A program made the translations under genes and the position numbers. The notes below the pieces were generated by a model, which saw only the letters and a program-made list of their open reading frames with translations, was not told the DNA's origin and made no database searches. Of a stretch of 64,000 nt of DNA, positions 33,110-43,767 are shown one piece after another. Each line of letters opens with the position of its first letter. The first letter of the stretch is position 1. The stretch comes from an uncultured archaeon (GTDB taxonomy: Archaea > Thermoproteota > Bathyarchaeia > Bathyarchaeales > Bathycorpusculaceae), in assembly GCA_963782915.1 (NCBI GenBank), contig CAWALK010000020.1:352001-416000 (forward strand), in the 5' to 3' direction.

Positions 33110-35502
33110 TTGTCAGTTAAGCCTGAAATTAATTCTCAAACCCAACCTACCAGAGACATCCAGCGCTCTGTCCTGCCAATTCCAGATAAACCCTACAAGG
33201 GCTTGATAGTATATGATGCTAAGAGTCCGGATGCCAAGTTTCCGCCGATTCAGCCTATCCGGGCACCCAAAGGGGCGCCAAACATTGTTTTGGTGTTGCT
33301 TGATGATGTCGGTTTTGGTGCTTCTAGCGCTTTTGGAGGTCCAATTAATACTCCTGTTGCGGAAGAACTCGCCACCGATGGGTTGAGGTATACACGGTTT
33401 CATACAACCGCGCTTTGCTCCCCAACCCGTGCTGCACTATTAACCGGACGAAATCACCACACCGTAGGCATGGGCAGCATAACCGAAATCGCCACCTCAG
33501 CCCCCGGCAACAACTCCATAAGACCAAACTACTGCGCACCCCTAGCAAAAACCCTAAAGTACAATGGCTACTCAACCGCCCAATTCGGAAAATGCCACGA
33601 AGTCCCCGTCTGGGAAACAGGCCCCATCGGCCCCTTCGATCACTGGCCAACCTTTTCAGGCTTCGAAAAATTCTACGGCTTCGTCGCCGGAGAAACAAAC
33701 CAATGGTTCCCCGAAGTCTACGACGGACGAGCAAGAGTAAATCTTCCAAACGACCCCAACTACCACTTCCTCACAGACATGACTGACCAAGCAATCAACT
33801 GGATCCGCACCCAAAAAGCGATTGCACCCGAAAAACCATTCTTCGTCTACTTTGCACCCGGAGCCACACATGCCCCCCACCATGTTCCCAAAGAATGGGC
33901 AGACAAATACAAGGGCAAATTCGACGACGGATGGGACAAACTTCGAGAAAGAACTTTTGAGAAACAAAAACAGTTAGGCGTTATCCCGCAAGACGCGAAA
34001 CTTACGGCGCGTCACAAGGAAATTCCTGCGTGGGATGAAATGCCCGAGAAAATTAAGCCAGTGCTAAGGCGCGAGATGGAGGTTTACGCTGGCTTTTTAG
34101 AATTCACAGATCACCACGTTGGCAGATTGCTTGATTCCCTAAAAGAATTGGGCATACTTGATGATACATTGGTTTTCTACATAATAGGCGATAACGGCGC
34201 CTCCGCAGAAGGTACCCTGCAGGGCAGCTTTAATGAGATGACGAACTTTAACAATGCAGCAACCCTAGAAATCGCCGGAATACTTGATTGAGCACTTAGA
34301 CGAATTCGGAGGACCAAAATCCTACAATCACTATGCTGTTGGTTGGGCACATGCAATGTGCTGTCCTTATCAGTGGACTAAACAAGTAGCCTCACATTTC
34401 GGCGGTACAAGAAACGGCTTAATCATCCATTGGCCCAAGGGCATAAAAGCAAAAGGCGAGCTTCGCCACCAATTCCACCATATAACCGATATTGCACCAA
34501 CCATCCTAGAAATCGCCGGCATACCTGAACCAGAATTTGTTGAGGGCGTCGAGCAAAGACCGATGGAAGGCATAAGCATGGCTTATACGATTTTGATGAT
34601 AGCACAGCTCCCTACCGATCATGATGTCCAATATTTCGAGATGTTTGGCAACCGCGGCATATACTACAAAGGCTGGACCGCCGTAACAAAACACCGCACC
34701 CCATGGAAGCTAGGCGCAGCAAAAACAGTCCCCTTCGACGACGACAACTGGGAACTCTACGACACCACAAAAGATTGGACACAAGCCCAGAGACCTCTCC
34801 AAACAAAACCCCGACAAACTCCATGAACTCCAACGGCAATGGCTCATAGAAGCAACCCGCTACAACGTCCTACCCATGGATGACCGCGCAATCGAACGAT
34901 TCTTCGCTGAACTCGTAGGCCGCCCCTTAGCAGTACGAGGCAACACACAATTCATGTACCCGGGAATGATCTTCAACGAGAACGGCGTACTCAATATAAA
35001 AAACAAATCGCATTCCATCACAGCAGAAATCGAAGATTCCTGCCTCAAATGCAAACGGCGTAATTATTGCTCAAGGAGCCAACTTCGGCGGCTGGGCTAT
35101 TTACTTCCATGAGGGACGGCTGAAATATTGTTATAACTTTTTGGGTCTTGCCATCTACAACGTTGAGGCTCCAGATGTTTTGCCGGCGGGGAAACATGAG
35201 GTTCGAATGGATTTCAAGTATGATGGTGGCGGATTGGGAAAGGTGGAGTTGCAATGCTTTTTGTTGATAACGCCAAGGTTGCTGAAGGTAAACTGGAGCA
35301 TACGGTGCCTGTGATTTTTTCGGCGGATTCCACCTGTATGGTCGGTGATAAGATTGGGGCGCCGCTTTCAAGTGACTTCGAAGGACATAGTAACAAGTTT
35401 AATGGTAAGATTAGTTGGGTCCGATTAGAGGCCGGCTTAGAAGAAAGTGAGCGTTTGGTGAATCCGGATGAATGGGTGAGGGTGCATATGTCTATACAGT
35501 GA
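33110..35502 (+). CDS. Arylsulfatase (formylglycine-dependent), several indels
   Basis: PNIVLVLLDDVG, CSPTRAALLTGR, GATHAPHH, GDNGAS, HHITDIAPTIL, WELYD; C-terminal LamG-like domain. Confidence 0.9.
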
Positions 35503-35586
35503 GCACAGTGCTATCAAAAAATTAGTTCGCCCGATTCGGCTTCATCGCCAGTCTGCACAAAAGGTTTGGCATATCGCAAGCTACAC

Positions 35587-35808
35587 TCAAGGCGTGAACA
35601 TAATCACGTAGCCATGCTCTTCCTTCACTTCTAAACAATGCTCTTTAGCAATAGCCTCAACGGATTTCTTATCTGACCACCGATTTCGCCGTCGATGACA
35701 AATTTGGTAATTCCCTTCTAATGAGTTGGTTCTTTCGAAACTTACGGCGCTGGCTGGAAATATATTATAAATCGCCTTTAGGCAGGCCGCTGCTTCTCCT
35801 TTTTGCAT
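35587..35808 (-). CDS. Hypothetical protein, paralogous to 26726-26995
   Basis: Shared N- and C-terminal patterns. Confidence 0.5.
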   Translation of the reverse strand: MQKGEAAACLKAIYNIFPASAVSFERTNSLEGNYQICHRRRNRWSDKKSVEAIAKEHCLEVKEEHGYVIMFTP

Positions 35809-35954
35809 GGGCTCTCAGATGCCGCTTTCTGCGGTAAGATATAAAAAGGGTATATTCAGTTTTCGAATGGCATCTAACTGTTCAACACATATACTGTTAA
35901 TTTGGGCTGACTGCCTCTTTTAAGTCCTGGCATCAGGGCTATTGGGTTTTGTGT

Positions 35955-36291
35955 TTAGCGTTTGATCAGTAAATCCTGATTTTCTACTTTCACTTGGTAG
36001 ATTGTTGCATCGTTGACTTTGGGGTGGAATAATCCCATTTTTGGGTGTGCAACGGCTTTTCCTGTGGTTACATCGAATTTTGCGTGATGATTTGGGCAGG
36101 TTATGGTGTTGCCCTCTAAAATGCCTGCTGAGAGGTCGCCTTTCATGTGGGGGCATTTGTCTTCGATGGCATAGTAGTTGCCGTTGATGTTGGCGATTAG
36201 GACGTCTGTGCCGTCGAATGGGATCTTTCTTCATTTGCCCCGCTGGGACTTCATTTGTGTTTGCGATTTTGGTAAAACCGGTTTCTAACAT
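35955..36291 (-). CDS. Rieske [2Fe-2S] ferredoxin (frameshift ~36225)
   Basis: YAIEDKCPHM and ITCPNHHAKFDVTTG motifs. Confidence 0.85.
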
Positions 36292-36369
36292 AACAAAGAA
36301 CTCCAAAAATAGATAGGTAATTTTTAGGGTTTTTCCGTATTTAAAGCTAGCCTGCCCATCAGCACCTGT

Positions 36370-36840
36370 CTACGCTGTTTCTGCTATTTCTTTAAGCCGC
36401 CTGGAACTCTCCTCAAAGCCTTCCTCAAAAGCCTTGTGAACCCGTATCCTATCATGCATCGAACCGATGGGTCCATACGGCAACCTGTACTCTTCAACCA
36501 TCATAACCAAAGTTTTGTTTTCACCGCTTGGCTTAAGATAAATCGCTCCCGCCGCCGTAAAGTGTCCACCGGTGGTTTTCCATGTTTGCGCACCTTCCCC
36601 TTGGTCCGTGTACTCGATGATTTCGGCGTCGAATTCATCTTTTTCGTCGGCTACTTCGCTGACAACGTGAACTTTTGATCCGACCTTATTTTTAGTTGCT
36701 GAACTCCATTGTGCGCTTTTGAAAATGTCTGACCATTCCGGAATTTTATCCCAAGACGTGAGCGGCCAAATTTTGTCTGCTGATGTGTCGATTTCTATTG
36801 ACTTCTCGATTATAGTCAATAAATCACCTCCCAACAACAT
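36370..36840 (-). CDS. SRPBCC/polyketide cyclase-family protein
   Basis: IEKSIEIDTSADKIW....DKIPEW; C-terminal helix RLKEIAE. Confidence 0.8.
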   Translation of the reverse strand: MLLGGDLLTIIEKSIEIDTSADKIWPLTSWDKIPEWSDIFKSAQWSSATKNKVGSKVHVVSEVADEKDEFDAEIIEYTDQGEGAQTWKTTGGHFTAAGAIYLKPSGENKTLVMMVEEYRLPYGPIGSMHDRIRVHKAFEEGFEESSRRLKEIAETA

Positions 36841-36923
36841 TTGACTTTGACTGGAACTCTATGTGCTACTTGGGTTTGGCGGAATAAATCATTTTTTTCG
36901 AGGCGTAAGCTGTGCTGTTGAGG

Positions 36924-37835
36924 TTAGATTCGAGAGTGATTGAGCAGCAATGCTACACCAAGTATTGGCAGCGTTAGCATCCAGAAGTCGGTTAGGTACC
37001 AGAATGACGCGTAGATCGGCACAAAAAGCGCTACCACCGAGAAGACTATGAAGAACACGCCAACTAAAACCAACCCTGCCACTAGGAATTTTTTGGCGTC
37101 TGCCCTGTTTTTGTTTAGTTTTAAGCAGCCAAAGGTGATGGCTAGAGCCGCAATCAGTAATGTGAAGATGGCATTGACTGCGCCCACTGTGCTAAGGGGG
37201 TTGTTTTGATGAGTATTCATCGGCGCCAAGGTATCAATCCACAAAAACGCATACTTGAGCCATAGCGCAAAAACGAAAAGCGGGGCGGCGATGGTTGCCC
37301 ACTTCAGAATCGATGCCGTATTCTGGGGTTTACGCATTTTTTGGCTCAGAATCAGCAGTGGCGGCACAATTAGCAACGCTTGCAGCAGATACGAGAGCCC
37401 AACATAAACATCAACCATAAACCAGCCAAACGCAACACCCAAAAGATGATGCACACTAGCCGGCACCAGCAAAAGCGAGAAAACAGCCAACAAAACCAAT
37501 GCCCAACGAAGCTTCTGCAAATACTTCGGGTTCTTCCTCACATAGAAGACGGCGCTTTGGAATGCGAAGATGCCGCAAAACAGTAGCACGAAACTGTTTG
37601 CCACGGAGCAGATCTCTTGTACAAAGAGTGCTGTTAATGCTGCGGTTCCCATTGAGGTGAGTATGGATATTTGGTTGATGTTTAGGAGCATTTGTGTTAC
37701 TGAGTAGCCCCAGATTACGCCATTTATGAGCCAGTAGATGCTGTAGGCAAGGAAGCTGCCGGCAACGATTAGAAGGGCTAGTTTTAGGGTTACTGAAGGT
37801 TGGGTGTTTGTTGGGTTAGCCACTTTTGGTTGCAC
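36924..37835 (-). CDS. Multi-pass membrane protein
   Basis: About eight hydrophobic segments. Confidence 0.7.
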   Translation of the reverse strand: MQPKVANPTNTQPSVTLKLALLIVAGSFLAYSIYWLINGVIWGYSVTQMLLNINQISILTSMGTAALTALFVQEICSVANSFVLLFCGIFAFQSAVFYVRKNPKYLQKLRWALVLLAVFSLLLVPASVHHLLGVAFGWFMVDVYVGLSYLLQALLIVPPLLILSQKMRKPQNTASILKWATIAAPLFVFALWLKYAFLWIDTLAPMNTHQNNPLSTVGAVNAIFTLLIAALAITFGCLKLNKNRADAKKFLVAGLVLVGVFFIVFSVVALFVPIYASFWYLTDFWMLTLPILGVALLLNHSRI

Positions 37836-38264
37836 CGTAGGTTGTCTAGGTTGCAGCTCGAACAGATTTATCTCTTTTCCATTCCCAAAAAACCAGCGTT
37901 ATAGATGGCTTGGTGAGGCTCTGGGTTAAACATAGAGGAGAAGAAAGGGATGCAAAACCCTATTCTTTGGCACTCCCAGAGCCCCAAGCCAACTTGCATG
38001 GGGTATGCCAACCCATCACAATCCATGGAGGGTTTTGGGTTAATTAATGGGTTTTTCATATTTACACCCAAATTGGCTCCAAATTGCTGCTGCTTAGAGT
38101 ATAAACAGACTGCAATCACTCGCAGGTGGCAACCTAAAAAGGAAATTTTTGCTCTGTTTTGCCTGCTTTTTTTCTGTTATTGATTTGGCACAGTCACTTA
38201 GGTTTTAATTTTCATCCGAGACCGATAAAGCACCTGAAATATTTCCCCATTGGAGGTGAATTAT

Positions 38265-38531
38265 TTGGAGACTAAAGATTTTGACAAGGGTAACTTAAAA
38301 AATAATTTGAAAAGTGCTGGCTTTGAGGACTGCATCGCCGACGACATCGCTGACCGCGTGAACGACCGAAAAACAGACAACTGGAACGCTGACATGGGAC
38401 GCGACGAGGCACTAAAAGAAATCGAGCTGCTCATCAACCGCACACGCCAAGCCTATGATAACTTTAGGCAACGCAACCTGCCAGACAGTAGCATGCCAAG
38501 CAGGAGAACTTCAATCTCAGACGTAATGTAG
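38265..38531 (+). CDS. Small ATP-cone-like protein
   Basis: FDKGNLKNNLKSAG....ADDIADRV resembles an ATP cone; GGAGGTGA Shine-Dalgarno. Confidence 0.5.
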   Translation: METKDFDKGNLKNNLKSAGFEDCIADDIADRVNDRKTDNWNADMGRDEALKEIELLINRTRQAYDNFRQRNLPDSSMPSRRTSISDVM

Positions 38532-38554
38532 ACCTTTCTACATCAACCCTTTTT

Positions 38555-39040
38555 TTATTCGAGAGTTTTTATGTAGTCCCAGATTTTGTCGCTCACAAAA
38601 TGCAGCGTTTTAACAACAGGGCCTTTCTTGGTAGTTCTAGCGGTGGCTGAATCCATCAAAACCTCGCCTATAGCCAACGCTTTACCATGCTTCATATCAA
38701 CAACTAACGCTAAATCGCCAGTTGCAAACTCGCCTTCATAACGCACGATGCCCGGAGCCATAACGGTTGCGCCCTTACAAACATAGGGGATAGCGCCCAT
38801 GTCTACAACGATTTTTGGTGCCTTCGAAATAAATTCATCGAAGAGCAGCGTTGGCAGGACACGGTTGCCTGACTTGAAAAGCAGTGGTTTGCCGCCGATG
38901 AGGTAGATTTCGCCAACATCAGATTCGACAACTTCTACGGTTGCCTCCTTGTCAAAACTGAGTTTTAATGTCTGGTTGGTTTCCTCTATGATTTGTTTTG
39001 CTTCTTTGGCTTTTAGGGGGTATCTGCGTTGGGTGGGCAT
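38555..39040 (-). CDS. PUA-domain RNA-binding protein (DUF1947/MCT-1-like)
   Basis: LPTL...IVVDMGAIPYVCKGATVMAPGIV...HFVSDKIW. Confidence 0.9.
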   Translation of the reverse strand: MPTQRRYPLKAKEAKQIIEETNQTLKLSFDKEATVEVVESDVGEIYLIGGKPLLFKSGNRVLPTLLFDEFISKAPKIVVDMGAIPYVCKGATVMAPGIVRYEGEFATGDLALVVDMKHGKALAIGEVLMDSATARTTKKGPVVKTLHFVSDKIWDYIKTLE

Positions 39041-39693
39041 GGTTTATCTTCCGTAATGGGTTCTTCGCTGGGCTTATATTCTTTTTCTTGAGTTCCATCG
39101 GGTTTGCGGTGGAGATATTTCTTCATCAACTTATCCACATCCACCTTTAACAGAACTACTGTGATAACAACCGTTAGAATAATCGATACCACAATCGATA
39201 CTATGAACGTAGTTTCAGGCGTTAAACCAAACCATGTTTCCAGGGTATTTCCTGCCCAACCGCCTAAAAAGACACCTATAATCGTGATCAAGAGTTTGCC
39301 AAAGAAGTAGGCTGTGAAAAACTTTACAGGACTATACTTCATCAACCCTAACGGTATAACTATGGGTTCATCAGGAATGGGTGTGGCAGCCGCTAAAAAC
39401 AATAGTGGAAATGCCCATCGATGAATTTTTTGGGCATCAGCGTTTAGTCTTGCCTGCCGTTTTTGGCTAAGGTGTCCACTGACAAAGAAGGTTACCATGT
39501 AATGGATTCCTTTTGCCATCGCGGCAGCGAGCGCTATTAAAAACCCAGCAATTACCAATACCGCAGGATCAGGGTTTCCTAAACCAATTGCAGCCGTGGA
39601 GGCAATGAGTAAGTTTGAGGGTCCAGCGAATGGGATAAGGTTGAATGCAAATGCGGTTGCGAAGATTATTAGGAAATCAATTGGTAATGCCAT
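39013..39693 (-). CDS. DedA/VTT-family membrane protein
   Basis: LFLAAATPIPDEPIVIPLGLMKY..FF..GK. Confidence 0.75.
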   Translation of the reverse strand: MALPIDFLIIFATAFAFNLIPFAGPSNLLIASTAAIGLGNPDPAVLVIAGFLIALAAAMAKGIHYMVTFFVSGHLSQKRQARLNADAQKIHRWAFPLLFLAAATPIPDEPIVIPLGLMKYSPVKFFTAYFFGKLLITIIGVFLGGWAGNTLETWFGLTPETTFIVSIVVSIILTVVITVVLLKVDVDKLMKKYLHRKPDGTQEKEYKPSEEPITEDKPCPPNADTP

Positions 39694-39804
39694 TGCTAAG
39701 GAACCACGTTCTCTCTTCAAGATTTAGTGCACGCCGCGCTTATAAGTGCAAGCTAAAAGTAATCCTGAATTTTCTTGGTCAATCTTCCTTTGGGCATTTA
39801 GAAG

Positions 39805-39924
39805 TTAGTGGATTGCTTGGATTTTAAGTGCAGAATAATGTTTTGTTCCGCATTCTGTTTTGGGGCATCCTTCGCAACTGTTAAAGTTGACTTTTTGGCA
39901 TGGGATTGTATAGGTTCTGTCCAT
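39805..39924 (-). CDS. 39-aa Cys-rich microprotein
   Basis: Manual translation MDRTYTIPCQKVNFNSCEGCPKTECGTKH..; GGAGGGA upstream. Confidence 0.45.
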   Translation of the reverse strand: MDRTYTIPCQKVNFNSCEGCPKTECGTKHYSALKIQAIH

Positions 39925-40113
39925 TTGTTATTGTTCCCTCCCATTAATGTTTCGTACGTCTCAATATACAGACGATTATGCTTAAAAGACTTGTGAAGTA
40001 GCAATATTATCTAAAGGGAATTCATCCATTACCTGTTTCATCCAGTCCTTGAGATAGGTTTAAATGGAGAGAGTTAAAGTATAGAAGAGATAAAGATACT
40101 TGAGGATTCCAAT

Positions 40114-40341
40114 ATGAGCGAAATGACAACCGAGATCCTTGAACAAAACCTCAGTAAAATAGTACTTGTTCGCCTAAAAGGCGGCAAGAGCCTCAGAGGT
40201 AGACTCAAGGGATTCGACCAACACTTAAATCTAGTCTTAGAAGAGACTGAAGACACTACCGTCGTTGAAAACCAAAAGAAGTTAGGGCTAATTATCGTTC
40301 GCGGAGACAACGTAGTCCTTATTTCACCCCCACCCCGGTGA
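40114..40341 (+). CDS. Sm-like archaeal protein (Lsm/SmAP1)
   Basis: Sm1 GRLKGFDQHLNLVL and Sm2 IVRGDNV; conserved linkage to rpl37e. Confidence 0.95.
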   Translation: MSEMTTEILEQNLSKIVLVRLKGGKSLRGRLKGFDQHLNLVLEETEDTTVVENQKKLGLIIVRGDNVVLISPPPR

Positions 40342-40347
40342 GTGTAG

Positions 40348-40536
40348 ATGGGAAAAGGTACTCCATCAATGGGCAAGCGCCAAGGCAAAGTAGTCCACAT
40401 TATGTGTAGACGTTGCGGTAGACGTTCTTATCACGTTCGCAACCATCGTTGTGGAGCCTGTGGTTTTGGTGAACAGAAGACCATGAGGCGCTATACTTGG
40501 CGAACGAAGACTCTTCAGAGGCAAAGAGTCTGCTAA
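40348..40536 (+). CDS. rpl37e: 50S ribosomal protein L37e
   Basis: MGKGTPSMGKR..HIMCRRCGRRSYH....CGACGFG. Confidence 0.97.
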   Translation: MGKGTPSMGKRQGKVVHIMCRRCGRRSYHVRNHRCGACGFGEQKTMRRYTWRTKTLQRQRVC

Positions 40537-40631
40537 ATAGCCAAAATTAATTTCTTTTAATTTTATTAATTTAGCTTTTAAAGCCTAATTTTACTTTTCT
40601 AAGCAGCTATTTTCTTCGCAATAGATAATGC

Positions 40632-40775
40632 TCTGTGCTGTTCTGGCTGCGGTTTATTATACAAGCATATTGTAACCCAAAACAGACGCGGCAACCAAAA
40701 AGCAATAGCACCGCAAAGTCCGCTGGTAGATGATGAGCATAGTGGGTCTAGCCATTATCTACCCCTAGAAAACCA
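40632..40775 (+). repeat. Intergenic hairpin repeat copy with compensated arms
   Basis: Flank matches the reverse complement of 62740-62796; arms GTAGATGATG 40726-40735 / CATTATCTAC 40753-40762. Confidence 0.75.
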
Positions 40776-40814
40776 ACCTCCAACACAGCCTCAAACCAAC
40801 CAAACGATTCCAGT

Positions 40815-41120
40815 CTGAAAACAACTGTAAACAAAACCCCAATAGAACCCAACAAACCCCTAACCACCTAAACAAAAAGATTGCACTCATACAATCCCCA
40901 AGCACCCAGCTAGGCAGTTGTGTGTCTATAAATAAGGGAGGGGGTAGGTGCTCTGAGGTAGGTAGGTCCTGTTAAGTCTAAAACTGAACTGCTTGCGTAA
41001 AACGCTACAACCAACCTGCAACCCAAACCAAACGCACAACACCAAACGCATTGCGCAATAAAGTCCGTTGGTTGTTGTTGTGTATAAGGGTTTTTCGGCA
41101 ACAACAACTATAGAAAAAAC
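40815..41120 (+). repeat. Most complete modular repeat copy (C/A-rich + TATA/G-tract + hairpin)
   Basis: CTATAAATAAGGGAGGGGGTAGG at 40926; GTTGTTGTTG 41071-41080 / CAACAACAAC 41099-41108. Confidence 0.88.
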
Positions 41121-41128
41121 CGACTAGA

Positions 41129-41752
41129 TCACTGTTTAGGATAAGTGGTGCTATTTTTGTGCTGTTTAAACATGTTAACCAAATACACCCACAAAACAAA
41201 CCCAATAGTATTAGCAGCAATCATCGAAAAGTAAATAGTATCAACAATATGCACTGCAGTGCTAAATGGCGAAACAAGCACTAAAATCAAACCCATAGCC
41301 ATAGACTCCAAAACAAACCCCATCGCAGCCGCTTTTAGAAGATACCATTTTCCAGTAATTCTGGAAGCGAGCAAACCCGCGATTAACCCAATCAGAATCG
41401 TTGACACCGCACAGGGAATCGCAGTCAATCCTCCATAGAGATACCGATGGACGCCGCCGATTAATCCTGCCACAACTCCGCCGATGGGTCCAGCGGCTGC
41501 TCCGGCAATCATGGTTGCAAATTCCCGGACGTTAATGACTATGCCGCCTTCTAACTTCATGCCCCAAAGCGTTCCAAAAATCGCCAAGACACCCAACACG
41601 ACACCGAATAAAACCTTGGCTAAGATGCCCTTTTTGGGTCCTTGGAGTTTGTTTAATGTTAAGCCTGAAGCGATGAGTGCTACAACAATCATGGTGCATG
41701 CGGTGCCTAAAAGACCCAGAACGCTTGCCAAATTTTCAGTTAAGGGAACCAT
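41129..41752 (-). CDS. Stand-alone LytS/YhcK-type 5TM receptor domain protein
   Basis: LAIFGT, INVRE..MIAGAAAGP..G..AGLIGGVHRY..GG.TA.PC; no kinase domain. Confidence 0.85.
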   Translation of the reverse strand: MVPLTENLASVLGLLGTACTMIVVALIASGLTLNKLQGPKKGILAKVLFGVVLGVLAIFGTLWGMKLEGGIVINVREFATMIAGAAAGPIGGVVAGLIGGVHRYLYGGLTAIPCAVSTILIGLIAGLLASRITGKWYLLKAAAMGFVLESMAMGLILVLVSPFSTAVHIVDTIYFSMIAANTIGFVLWVYLVNMFKQHKNSTTYPKQ

Positions 41753-41792
41753 GTATGGTCGCCCTCCTTTTTCTTAGGGTATGCATAAGAAT

Positions 41793-42668
41793 TTATGGGT
41801 TGAGTGCATGCCAAATAACCAAGCGCCACTCCGTATCATATATCCCAATAGTTATCCAGTATGCTTCTTTGGCTACAACTTGGTTTTGGGTTTGATCAAG
41901 ATTTTTAACGTAGTATTTGTAGCTGCCAAAACCGGATTGCTGCTCAGAAACTTGCCGCGCGAAGGCTTGCACTTCCGGGTACTCTGCGTATATTGGGTCG
42001 GTGAGCAGGTTTTTGCCTTGCTGTGCTGGGTCTGGGTCATAGATGAGGGTGCCGTTTGCTTGCATAGCCCACATAGCGTACTGCACTGCATCGCCGGAGC
42101 CAGACGCGATTGATTGGTTAATCAAAGCGCTGGGTTGAATAACGATGCTTATTGAACCCATGAATTTGTTGCCGCTGTCAAAAATGGGTGCTGCCATGAC
42201 TGCGCCGGGAAAACCTTCTACCAGCGGAATCATGTTGCTCATGGCTGGCATCATGGTTTCATGAACGCTGATGATGTGTTCTTGCATGCTAATGTCTTCT
42301 CCGACAATGCTGCTGTAGCTGCTGGGTTGAGTTGCAACCAAAATGCCTTTCACATCTACTGAAGAGGCGCTAACTATGAGCGAGCTGTTAGCGGCAAGGT
42401 CACTTAGAACGGTTTCTGCTTGGGTGCCTGTTAATCCAGCTGCAGAAAGTTTTTGGCATGCGGACCTTAAGGCACTGTCGAGTGATGCAAGTTTACTGTT
42501 TATGTTGTTTTGGGTGTGCATAAGTTGGCTAACCATTTCTTGTTTTACGGTTGATTCCTGATTCTGTTGGGTAGCTGAGAGGGTTGTGTTATATTGGTAA
42601 ATATTGAAACCCAACGATACAACCATGACGACGATTAGGGCGAAAATTACTAGTTTGGATTTAGCCAT
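41793..42668 (-). CDS. Membrane-anchored Cache-domain protein
   Basis: N-terminal TM; SNMIPLVEG..VMAAPIFD..FMGSISI, NGTLIYDPD..GKN, WRLVI. Confidence 0.8.
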   Translation of the reverse strand: MAKSKLVIFALIVVMVVSLGFNIYQYNTTLSATQQNQESTVKQEMVSQLMHTQNNINSKLASLDSALRSACQKLSAAGLTGTQAETVLSDLAANSSLIVSASSVDVKGILVATQPSSYSSIVGEDISMQEHIISVHETMMPAMSNMIPLVEGFPGAVMAAPIFDSGNKFMGSISIVIQPSALINQSIASGSGDAVQYAMWAMQANGTLIYDPDPAQQGKNLLTDPIYAEYPEVQAFARQVSEQQSGFGSYKYYVKNLDQTQNQVVAKEAYWITIGIYDTEWRLVIWHALNP

Positions 42669-42749
42669 ATCTCATCTGCTACCTTTTCGATAAATCAGGT
42701 TTTAAGCGTTACGTACGCTTACTAAACAAAAGAAAGAGAATAATTAGGT

Positions 42750-43607
42750 TTAGAGGGTGCGCGCGATAACTAGGCGCCAATCAGTGTTATAGATGCCAAT
42801 AGTTGTCCAGTACCCATCCTTGTTAACAAGAGGTCTTCCCTGCGCAAGATCATCATAGTAGCTGTATGTGCCGTATCCTGACTGTGTATCTACAACTTGG
42901 TGGATGAATGTTTGGAGTTCCGTGTAGCCTTGATATTCTTGGTCGGTGAAGATGTTTTTGCCCTGTTCTCCGCTGTTGGCGTCGTTGGCATCATAGATTA
43001 ATGTGCCATTGCTTTGCAATGCATAGATGGTGTAGGTGCCTTTGGTTGAGTCTTTAACGATTGGGTGTATCACTTGGTAGGGTTGGAAAACGATGCTTAG
43101 TGAGCCGATGAATTGTTCGTTTGGGTTGAAAATCGGCGAAACCATGACTATTCCGGGGAATCCTTCTACAAGTGGGATGAGGTTGCTGAGTGCGGGTCGC
43201 ATGGTTTTGTGCATTTGCAAATTCTGTTCTTGGTTCTTGATGTCTTGGCCTATGATGCTGCTGTAGTTACTGGGTTGCACTGCTAATAGAATGTCGTTTT
43301 GGTCTGCTGTTGCAGCATTGACTATTACTGATGGGTTGTTCGTGTAGAGGTCACTTAAGATTTTGTCCGCTTGTGAACCCGTTAAGCCAGCGGTGGATAA
43401 CTGTTGGCATGCCGTTAAGAGGATGCCGTCTAGCCTTAAAAGTTCCGCATTAATCTCGGCTGCGTCATGAATAAGGATCTGAGCCATTTCTTCTTTATCA
43501 CTCTGCTTTGAAACAGCAAGGTTGCTGCTCCATTGGTAACCATTGAATGCTAACGAGGCGACAACGATCACGATTAAGGAGGCAACTATTAGTTTGGTTT
43601 TAGCCAT
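42750..43607 (-). CDS. Membrane-anchored Cache-domain protein (tandem paralog)
   Basis: Colinear similarity to 41793-42668. Confidence 0.8.
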   Translation of the reverse strand: MAKTKLIVASLIVIVVASLAFNGYQWSSNLAVSKQSDKEEMAQILIHDAAEINAELLRLDGILLTACQQLSTAGLTGSQADKILSDLYTNNPSVIVNAATADQNDILLAVQPSNYSSIIGQDIKNQEQNLQMHKTMRPALSNLIPLVEGFPGIVMVSPIFNPNEQFIGSLSIVFQPYQVIHPIVKDSTKGTYTIYALQSNGTLIYDANDANSGEQGKNIFTDQEYQGYTELQTFIHQVVDTQSGYGTYSYYDDLAQGRPLVNKDGYWTTIGIYNTDWRLVIARTL

Positions 43608-43767
43608 TTTTCATCGAGAATAATGTTCATATGGTTTTGGTTTTAAGCCTTGTTACGCTGGCAAAGCAGACTGGTTGGCGATAACAAGAAAAAGAAAGAT
43701 ATAGGATTACTTGAGGTAATCCACCGTAGAAGTCACAGACTTCACAACAGCAGTCGCGTTCTGTTCT

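Noticed and set aside
40910-41220. Short ORFs over repeats (also 46113-46403, 57295-57663, 62358-62867, 31342-31594)
   Set aside because: They are shadow translations of the non-coding repeat; frames are not preserved between copies.
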